DNA of 64,000 nucleotides from Candidatus Spongiihabitans sp. (GTDB lineage Bacteria; Pseudomonadota; Gammaproteobacteria; Arenicellales; Poriferihabitantaceae): NCBI GenBank assembly GCA_965261335.1, contig OZ253450.1, positions 506,705 to 570,704 of the forward strand, read 5' to 3'. Shown piece by piece: positions 57,701 to 64,000 of this stretch (position 1 is its first letter; each line of letters starts with the position of its first letter). The notes under the pieces were generated by a model. It saw only the letters and a program-made list of their open reading frames with translations, ran no database searches and was not told where the DNA came from. The position numbers and the translations under genes were made by a program.

Positions 57701-58643
57701 TTTGGTGTCTTGGAGTAAAGGCGATGTCTATTACACGCTGGATAATAAGAGCGGAGATTACACGCATCAGATAACCAGTGTTCACCCGTACTTGGCATGG
57801 TCAATCGATGATGCCCGCCTGTGGAGTAGTGTTGGCTATGGTCAGGGTGAACTGTCCATTAAAGAGCAAGCAAAGAATAGCGAAGGACGCAGTGACACGC
57901 GCCTATTGTCCTTGTCGGCAGGCGTTTCTGGTCGATTGTCGCGATTTGGTCAATCTGGATTAAAGATCAAGAGCGACATGATACTGACACAGATTAACAT
58001 TGATGGTTCTACGGACAATAGCACCGATAGCGCTACTATCTCGGCTCAGAACCTCGCCAGCCAACGACTACGCTTGTTACTGGAGATTGAAAAGGAACGT
58101 CAGCTGGCATCGGGTGGGCGATTCAATCCATTGATGGAAATCGGATTGCGCTATGATGGTGGTGTTGATAATTCTGGTATTGGTGCGGTACTGGGACTCG
58201 GTGGACGTTATGCCAACACGGGTTTAACGGTTGAAGGCAAGTTCCACACGCTGGTTGGTCGTAAAGACTATAAAGAATGGGGTATTCAAGGCACGATTCG
58301 CAAGACAACATCTGCCAATGAACGAGGACTGTCATTTAGCTTAAGCCCGAGCTATGGAGCGACTAACAACAGCACAAATCAGGTATGGGAGCGAAAACTA
58401 TCCGATGGAAATAAGAGTAATAGCGATTACCAAGCACAACTGGATGTGAATATGGGTTACGGACTATTCACCAGCGGCGGATTATTGACCCCATACAGCG
58501 AACTCCGCATGGGCAAAAATAACCGCTATCGTTTGGGCTTACGCTGGAAGCCGAATTCACCATTTAGCCTGCACCTGTATGGCGAACGCAAAACCAGCAG
58601 TGATAGCGACCGAATCCTACTGGAAACCAATATACGGTTTTAG
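51732..58643 (+). CDS. giant type Va autotransporter adhesin (BspA-type LRR, cadherin-like, ~17 Ig-like repeats, beta-barrel)
   Basis: GAAGGAG RBS. FNQDIGDWDVSNV(T/E)NM 26-residue repeats. A cadherin-like block (ITATDMDANTLTYTL...VTVSDGVSTDTQEIIVTIENV). Repeated ...SI.P.LP.GLS.D..TGTISGTPT units. The C-terminal barrel ends ...RILLETNIRF. Confidence 0.8.
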   Translation: MKSSFTIKTLNNHIVTTPQSAFGLWGRAMMVAITPLKTVARVALNETAPLKHFLAATFFALLFVAQLANAQGIDDFVTTWSVQGSSGSPTVIPTTGSGYNYNVNWGDGGIDTTTYTGNAMHTYADAGTYTVRISGAFPRIYFNAEEGNANSNSIIAINQWGTGQWTSMEHAFSGATNLIGDATDRPDLSRVTDMWGMFRYASKFNQDIGDWDVSNVERMGTLFEYTDEFNQDIGDWDVSNVTNMTWMFASATAFNQDISRWDVRGVTNMSNMLGNNTPDFSQNLGAWYITGDLSVSPALEAGAEVTRFTTQNSELDGHNPSYTLVVGGDANLFALTSMGVLSINDAPPAGKTSYHITIAATGLFGTNNQQELTLVANHKPEITSNNGDSPYTITLPENTKAVTTITATDMDANTLTYTLSNNDAALFEINNAGELSFKDEYIPDYEKPRNTMGEFDQNADQEYSVLVTVSDGVSTDTQEIIVTIENVTVAVPNIPAFLDPISLGATVGTAISPVTITNSGGTATYSISPDLPAGLSIDTATGTISGTPTATKGNLLYTITATNDAGSDNAQINLSVQIGASAPDISVSPSMLTFTVGIPVTTNPITNSGGRFDTGISITDANGQTLTENTGLNTNAHGDIYGTPTMSASAEIYTIRVSNIQGSSEVTITITVNAAVVAPDIPDISVSPGFQNATVGVAITPFVITNNGGTATYSIAPNLPAGLVIDLNTGTVSGTLTELSSAIIVYSITATNITGSDVVTFTLSVQPSGIIAPNISVSPSSLTFTVGIPVTTNPITITNSGGPADAGFVISNTSNSQSLEDDTGLSYNYLTGVISGTPTRAVNARIYRIQADNAGGTSRTTITVTVNAAVVAPDLPDISVSPGFQNATVGVAITPFVITNNGGTATYSISPALPVGLSIDTATGTVSGTLTELSSAIVYSITATNITGSDVVTFSLSVQPGSIAPNISVSPSILTFTVGIPVTTNPITITNSGGTPDAGFVIVLNNGQSLNTDTGLNFNRTGVISGTPTRAVSAEIYTIRAENAAGRSEATITVTVNAAVVAPSISINPATVTVTAGTAIADIIITSSGGDAVSYSIDPDIANGLSFDETSGTISGTPSEEASLITYTITAENSVGSNSATIAIIVNEAPTTSVAVPIISISRATLVATVGTAIQQITIVSSGGMVSNYSINPAIANGLSFNAANGTISGIPTAVAGPTSYTITATNSGGTAMATVAITVNDVAPSISINPAAVTVTVGSAITPITISSSGGDVVSYSIDPAIANGLSFDATNGIISGTPTAVAPSRTYIITATNSGGMAMATIAITVNDVAPSISISRDTLVATAGTAIQQITIVSSGGGNVVSYTIAPAIANGLSFDATSGIISGIPTAVAPSRTYIITATNSGGMAMATIAITVNDVAPSISISRDTLVATAGTAIQQITIVSSGGGNVVSYTIAPAIANGLSFDATSGIISGIPTAVAGPTSYTITAINSGGTAMATVAITVNDVAPSIVATPTTQNVTVGSPIETITITSNGGAVISYSISSTLTTGLSFDTTTGTISGTPLVVTGSTSYTITATNSGGMAMATVAITVNEAVPIISISTDTLVATVDTAIQQITIVSSGGAVVSYSISPTLTSGLSFDTATGTISGTPTVVASLATYYTITATNTRGSDSTTIAITVNAPKLDTPTATVRGTVTTSGKSITVEVTSKGTETITQFYAGEVSESKLQTIVKKAVATDGIDFAKAPASIDRTITPTLVLNTAVDITVNEDACSGKGCEVTLSYEASDEQVGKDLYVFHYDEMADTWEALPHVRRDRTELTVTALADSFSPFALFNASRADKLAKQLNKDILPILVQTMLASTMSAVSTRIDATFSGTPQGSYQLDGQTVKLNGSGNLQDAMASKLPHYATSLKDGTMDWKAMLSRSSFVLPLNAVGEEGAGGATIWGSGDYNKMSGKLSDGDWKGDVFSLQLGVDQRMKDDLLAGGLVSWSKGDVYYTLDNKSGDYTHQITSVHPYLAWSIDDARLWSSVGYGQGELSIKEQAKNSEGRSDTRLLSLSAGVSGRLSRFGQSGLKIKSDMILTQINIDGSTDNSTDSATISAQNLASQRLRLLLEIEKERQLASGGRFNPLMEIGLRYDGGVDNSGIGAVLGLGGRYANTGLTVEGKFHTLVGRKDYKEWGIQGTIRKTTSANERGLSFSLSPSYGATNNSTNQVWERKLSDGNKSNSDYQAQLDVNMGYGLFTSGGLLTPYSELRMGKNNRYRLGLRWKPNSPFSLHLYGERKTSSDSDRILLETNIRF
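55641..56174 (+). repeat. near-perfect 2 x 267-nt tandem duplication within the adhesin
   Basis: The unit starting gcaccttcacgcacctacatcatcaccgcg... recurs at 55908. The only differences I saw are near the unit end (atctcggg versus atatcagg). An older pair of about 575-nt units lies at 53746..54326 and 54327..54896. Confidence 0.85.
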
Positions 58644-58650
58644 GAAATAT

Positions 58651-59294
58651 TGAGAATTGAGAATTGAGAATTGAGAATTGAGAATTGAGAATTGAGAATT
58701 GAGAATTGAGAATTGAGAATTGAGAATTGAGAATTGAGAATTGAGAATTGAGAATTGAGAATTGAGAATTGAGAATTGAGAATTGAGAATTGAGAATTGA
58801 GAATTGAGAATTGAGAATTGAGAATTGAGAATTGAGAATTGAGAATTGAGAATTGAGAATTGAGAATTGAGAATTGAGAATTGAGAATTGAGAATTGAGA
58901 ATTGAGAATTGAGAATTGAGAATTGAGAATTGAGAATTGAGAATTGAGAATTGAGAATTGAGAATTGAGAATTGAGAATTGAGAATTGAGAATTGAGAAT
59001 TGAGAATTGAGAATTGAGAATTGAGAATTGAGAATTGAGAATTGAGAATTGAGAATTGAGAATTGAGAATTGAGAATTGAGAATTGAGAATTGAGAATTG
59101 AGAATTGAGAATTGAGAATTGAGAATTGAGAATTGAGAATTGAGAATTGAGAATTGAGAATTGATAATTGATAATTGATAATTGATAATTGATAATTGAG
59201 AATTGATAATTGATAATTGATAATTGATAATTGATAATTGATAATTGATAATTGATAATTGATAATTGAGAATGGACAATGGTAAATTGAAAAC
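58651..59294 (+). repeat. heptanucleotide microsatellite, 92 units: (TGAGAAT)~73 then TGATAAT/TGAGAAT variants
   Basis: Counted from the sequence: pure TGAGAAT from 58651 to 59161, then 5 TGATAAT, 1 TGAGAAT, 9 TGATAAT, 1 TGAGAAT, and GGACAAT, GGTAAAT, TGAAAAC. It starts 8 nt after the adhesin stop codon. Confidence 0.95.
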
Positions 59295-59324
59295 CAACAT
59301 CCGTCATTCCTGCTCCCCGCCTGT

Positions 59325-59432
59325 GAGACTGTGCAAGAAACCCGTGCTAGGTATGCGTTACATGTGGAAAACCCAACCCCCTCAATCCCCCTGATAGGGG
59401 GGGGGGGCAAGAGGGGATTAGGAATGACGAAT
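59325..59432 (-). repeat. MITE-like repeat, inverted variant copy with a G/C-tract hairpin
   Basis: gagactgtgcaagaaacccgtgctaggtatgcgttacatgtggaaaaccc is the reverse complement of the right half of 8751..8871. The GNRA hairpin is replaced by cccctcaatccccctgatagggggggggggcaagagggg. Confidence 0.5.
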
Positions 59433-59464
59433 AGAGACTTTAGTTCCATGCACGGTATCAGTCA

Positions 59465-59552
59465 CGCCAACCATCTTGTCCATCATGTCTATCCATGTAA
59501 ATGCTTTTCGGCGGACATCGGATCATTGAAAATGATGGTTAGGTTTTGATAA
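59465..59552 (+). repeat. ~100-bp repeat, copy B
   Basis: cgccaaccatcttgtccatcatgtctatccatgtaaatgcttttcggcggacatcggatcattgaaaatgatggttaggttttgataag. See copy A at 50677..50796. Confidence 0.6.
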
Positions 59553-59686
59553 GAACATTTGACCGTATTCCTGCTCCCCGCCTGTGCGGGGACATGCTTC
59601 TTAGACTATGCAAAAATCCTGATAGGTTGTGTTGCATGGCTCTGTCGGAAAATGGAGTTTTTAGCTTGTTGTGAATATTTAAGTCC

Positions 59687-60130
59687 TTGTGAGACTTTTG
59701 CATAATCCACAAAACACCCATCGCAACTCACAAACAACGTGATTTTTTATAAATTTGCCTCATTTTTTCGCCCATGTTCTCTCAATCATCAATACGACAC
59801 CAAAAAAGCCTCTATTTCGGCACTTTTAACCGCTTTTAGTGGGTTTTAATCTGTTTTATTGCCCATTTAGGTGCAACTCTCCTTTAAACGTTGCAGTTCT
59901 TTGAAAATATTCATCCCAGTTTTAAGGTTATGGCTCATGGCAATCAGATGTGCGCGGGTTTTGTTTCTGGCTAACCCCATGTATCTTGCCTTGCCTAATC
60001 CGTGATGCAGTTTGAGCAAACCAAAGGTGCGTTCAACCACATAGCGGACACTGCTATACATTTTATTCAGTGCTTTTTGTTGCTCCGTTAATGGTGTGTT
60101 GCGATAAGCCCGGTGCAGGATTCTATTGTT
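59687..60130 (-). mobile_element. IS5-family fragment (right terminal repeat plus last ~85 codons of the transposase)
   Basis: gagacttttgcataatccac at 59687. ORF 59867..60265 contains NRILHRAYRNTPLTEQQKALNKMYSSVRYVVERTFGLLKLHHGLGKARYMGLARNKTRAHLIAMSHNLKTGMNIFKELQRLKESC, matching 11772..12767. It is truncated by the ISL3 end at about 60131. Confidence 0.75.
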
Positions 60131-60886
60131 CTTTGGTTCTCCTGAGTTTCCTATGGGCAAAAGCCAAACAATGCTCAAAAATGTGGTACAAGTGTATTTT
60201 TTTATAGAGATATTCAAATGAAAGATACCGCATTGTTGTCCACGCTTCCTGAGCAAAGATGCCATGAAGTCGTTGCGGTTGCCGTGGATATGTGGACTCC
60301 CTTTATGACGGCAGTTGGAGCGACTTTACCGAACGCCACTATTGTTCACGACAAGTTCCATATCGTCAGCTATCTTACAAAACATGGTTGACGAAGTCAG
60401 TTGCTAATGAAAATAAAACATTAAGAGCCGCTGGTGTCGATGATTTGGTCGGGTCTCGCTATACATGGTTACGCAATCCCAACAACTGGAGTGAAAAAGA
60501 TAAAGCCACTTTTTCTTGCCTTCAATCAAAGGGGTTGAAGGTCGCCCGAGCTTGGGCAATCAAAGAGACGCTACTTGAGCTGTGGACTTACTGCGATGAT
60601 AAACTAGCCCAAGCGTTCTTTAAGAAAGGGTACTGGTGGGCGACACATTCACGTCTAAAGCCGGTCATATCAGTCGCCAAGATGCTAAAAACCATCTCGA
60701 TAACATAATGACTTACTTGAAATATCGCATCACCAATGCGACCGCAGAAGGATTTAATTCAAAGATTCAATCCATAAAATCAGTTGCCAGAGGATTTAGA
60801 AACTTCGAAAACTATCGCGTTTCAATTCTGTTTCATTGTGGAAAACTTAATCTATACCCTTAGGGTTGCCAGAAGAACCCTTTTCA
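60131..60886 (+). mobile_element. internally deleted ISL3-family element with both terminal repeats
   Basis: The left end ggttctcctgagtttcctatgggcaaaagcc... is fused to the distal half of the transposase (...AVAVDMWTPFMTAVGATLPNATIVHDKFHIVSYL*, 60292..60708, 60636..60863). The right end is ...cttagggttgccagaagaaccc at 60886. Confidence 0.7.
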
Positions 60887-61418
60887 GTAACACATAGAGT
60901 GCGCCGGTGCCACCATCTTTTGGCTGGGCGGAACAAAAAGCTATTACTTCTGCCGATGCTTTCAGCCAATTGATAGTCAGTGGCTTGAGAATGCCTTTGT
61001 TGTTTTCTGAGTGGTGACCTTTGCCATGAATAATTAAGACGCAGGATATATTCTGCCGCACTGCATCGGTCAAGAACTCATTCAAATATGTCTCGGCCTG
61101 ATAGGCACGCATGCCATGTAAATCCACTGTCATCCGATAGGGATATTCTCCGCACTTTAATCGTTTAATCGCCTTGCGTTGCAAACCAGAACGAACAAAC
61201 AGCACCTGTTCACCTAACAATGTTTGGTCTATCGCGGCAGTAGCGGGTACCTCTGTCGAGACATGTTGATTGGAGCGTTTGCTTGGCGGTGATTTTTCCC
61301 GTTGGTCGTAGCTGTTAAAGCGATGCTTGCTATAGTCTCGACCCGAAGCATTCATGTTCGCCATCTCCCTTTGAAAAAGAGATTGCTTATCAGGTTGTTT
61401 GTGTTCGCTCATTATCAC
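60852..61418 (-). CDS. Smr-domain protein (SmrB/SmrA-like endonuclease)
   Basis: TVDLHGMRAYQAETYLNEFL...CVLIIHGKGHHS...LKPLTINWL...AFCSAQPKDGGTGALYVLLKR. The last 8 codons (VLLATLRV*) are encoded by the ISL3 terminal repeat. Confidence 0.75.
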   Translation of the reverse strand: MIMSEHKQPDKQSLFQREMANMNASGRDYSKHRFNSYDQREKSPPSKRSNQHVSTEVPATAAIDQTLLGEQVLFVRSGLQRKAIKRLKCGEYPYRMTVDLHGMRAYQAETYLNEFLTDAVRQNISCVLIIHGKGHHSENNKGILKPLTINWLKASAEVIAFCSAQPKDGGTGALYVLLKRVLLATLRV

Positions 61419-61422
61419 CCTG

Positions 61423-62445
<1,023 letters not shown>

Positions 62446-62607
62446 TTATCGAGACCTTCGCACGATGGTTCTTTTGTCCCCTAGCGGTCTCAATCGGTCA
62501 TTTATAAGAGATATTTGCACATAATAGCGTAACACTTCATCATATTCGGTCAACCAAATATTCTAAAACGACTCCTTGATGATGGACACAAAAACACATA
62601 ACCCAGT

Positions 62608-63663
62608 CTATTTTTCAATCAAAATCTCACTGTTATCGATTTTACTCGACAATGCGTTTGAAACTTCTTTCAACTGTTCCAGCTTGTCCATGCCTTTGCC
62701 GCTATTTAATATTTCATGAGCGTGTTGCACGCCTTGTGTCATTGAATCTGCCAAATTACCCGCATAAATGGTCGCTCCGGCATTGAGCGCGAGCATATCG
62801 TGGGCTGTGCCCGCCTCGCCGGCTAACGCTTTTTTGATCATCGCTAAACTTTGTTCAGAATCGGATACAATCATCGATTCGAGTGGGGATTTCGACATTC
62901 CAAATTGTTCAGGACTAATCCGATATTCGGAGAATACGCCGTTATGGTATTCGACTACCAGCGTATCGGCAGCGATAGAAATTTCATCAAGTCCATCATC
63001 AGAGCACACCACCAGCGTATGCTCACTACCAAGCTCGGCAAACACTTCGGCAATTGGTCGAACCCACTGCTGGCTGAATACACCGACCAGTTGCAATTTG
63101 GCATTGGCCGGATTTGTTAATGGTCCGAGCAGATTAAATATTGTGCGTATGCCAATTTCTTTTCTCGGACCGATAGCATGACGCATTGCGCTATGATGAC
63201 TCGGCGCAAACATAAAACCGACTCCGCATTGATCGATGCACTGTGCCACTTGTTGTGGGGTGATGGCAATGTTGACCCCAGCCGCCTCTAGCACATCGGC
63301 ACTGCCTGAATTGCCGGTTGCTGCCCGATTGCCATGTTTGCCGACATGTGCGCCTGCGGCAGCGACGACCAACGCACTGGCAGTCGACACATTGAACAGT
63401 CCAGCACCATCGCCGCCAGTCCCAACGCTATCGACAATGTTATCGGATTTCGGGGTTACTTTTACCGATAGCTCACGCATTATCGTGGCTGCACCAACAA
63501 TCTCATCCACAGATTCACCTTTAACACTGAGAGCGGTCAGGAATGCGCCAATCTGAGCATCGGTTGCACCGCCGGACATAATCAAACGCATGACCGATTG
63601 CATTTCTTTCCTGGTTAAATTTTTTGCGCTAACAAGTTGTCGAGTTGCCGATTGCAAATCCAT
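62608..63663 (-). CDS. trpD: anthranilate phosphoribosyltransferase
   Basis: ...DSVGTGGDGAGLFNVSTA...HGNRAATGNSGSADVLEA..., TrpD motifs, 351 aa. Confidence 0.9.
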   Translation of the reverse strand: MDLQSATRQLVSAKNLTRKEMQSVMRLIMSGGATDAQIGAFLTALSVKGESVDEIVGAATIMRELSVKVTPKSDNIVDSVGTGGDGAGLFNVSTASALVVAAAGAHVGKHGNRAATGNSGSADVLEAAGVNIAITPQQVAQCIDQCGVGFMFAPSHHSAMRHAIGPRKEIGIRTIFNLLGPLTNPANAKLQLVGVFSQQWVRPIAEVFAELGSEHTLVVCSDDGLDEISIAADTLVVEYHNGVFSEYRISPEQFGMSKSPLESMIVSDSEQSLAMIKKALAGEAGTAHDMLALNAGATIYAGNLADSMTQGVQHAHEILNSGKGMDKLEQLKEVSNALSSKIDNSEILIEK

Positions 63664-63767
63664 ATTATTCTCCTATTGTTGTTGTGATTTACAGGTGTTT
63701 AATGCCAGTGTTTGAGCACGGGATTATTTTGAACTCGTCGCCGCATTCAGGCAATGATGCAAAACGC

Positions 63768-64000
63768 TCATTTCAAATATTTTAATGGATTGATTGATTT
63801 TCCACCCTCGCGAATTTCAAAATGCAACATGGTGCTTTTGGTGCCACTGTTGCCCATACGCGCAATTTGTTGTCCTGATTTTACGCTTTGCCCTTCGCCA
63901 ACCAGTATAGCCTGATTATGTGCATAGGCACTCAAAAATCGAGTCGAATGTTTGATGATAATTAACTTACCATAACCCCTTAAACCCTCGCCGACATAAA
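63768..64000 (-). CDS. M23-family peptidase, C-terminal end only (5' part outside window)
   Basis: Reverse translation reads [76 protein letters not shown], the NlpD/LytM-type C-terminus. Confidence 0.8.
   Translation of the reverse strand, partial: YVGEGLRGYGKLIIIKHSTRFLSAYAHNQAILVGEGQSVKSGQQIARMGNSGTKSTMLHFEIREGGKSINPLKYLK

Noticed and set aside
58651-59294. Possible CRISPR array, given its very regular repeats
   Set aside because: The units are 7 bp, contiguous and without spacers. No cas genes are present in the window.
58564-59449. Three long overlapping - strand ORFs (247, 227 and 269 aa) reading SILNSQF.../SIINYQL...
   Set aside because: They are the three frames of the reverse complement of the TGAGAAT/TGATAAT microsatellite, which contains no stop codon on that strand. 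No start context and no sequence complexity. These are artefacts.

Overview
This window looks like a gammaproteobacterial-type chromosome. Backbone genes are kdsB-lpxK, an fbpABC iron transporter, atl-glmS-glmU, rne, smr, trxB, trpD and an M23 peptidase. Insertion-sequence debris is unusually dense: three decayed IS30 copies, one intact and two decayed IS5 copies, several ISL3 fragments, two decayed IS5/IS1182-like copies and an IS1380 remnant. A MITE family is also present.

The centrepiece is a type III secretion (injectisome) island of about 23 kb (15.3-38.7 kb).
- The + strand carries sctF, a possible needle co-chaperone (YscG-like), sctI-J-K-L, a chaperone and sctN-O-P-Q-R-S-T-U.
- The - strand carries sctC-sctD, a YscE-like ORF, chaperones, one hydrophobic translocator and an EspA/SseB-like protein.
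- A roughly 1025-aa effector has a C-terminus with the SopB/IpgD phosphoinositide-phosphatase active site CKSGKDRTG.
- No sctV or sctW is visible. The place where they would be expected is occupied by IS ends.
- Same-orientation IS5 copies bracket the island.

A low-GC type II restriction-modification cassette is inserted between sctN and sctO. Its R gene carries two in-frame TAA stops. A second, PvuII-like R-M cassette splits glmU from glmS.

The other striking locus is a 2303-aa autotransporter adhesin built from BspA-type LRRs, a cadherin-like domain and Ig-like repeats. A 644-bp heptanucleotide array ((TGAGAAT)~73 plus variants) follows it immediately, and inverted heptamer arrays sit in its divergent promoter region.

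All family assignments are by-eye motif and sequence recognition. No database search was run.
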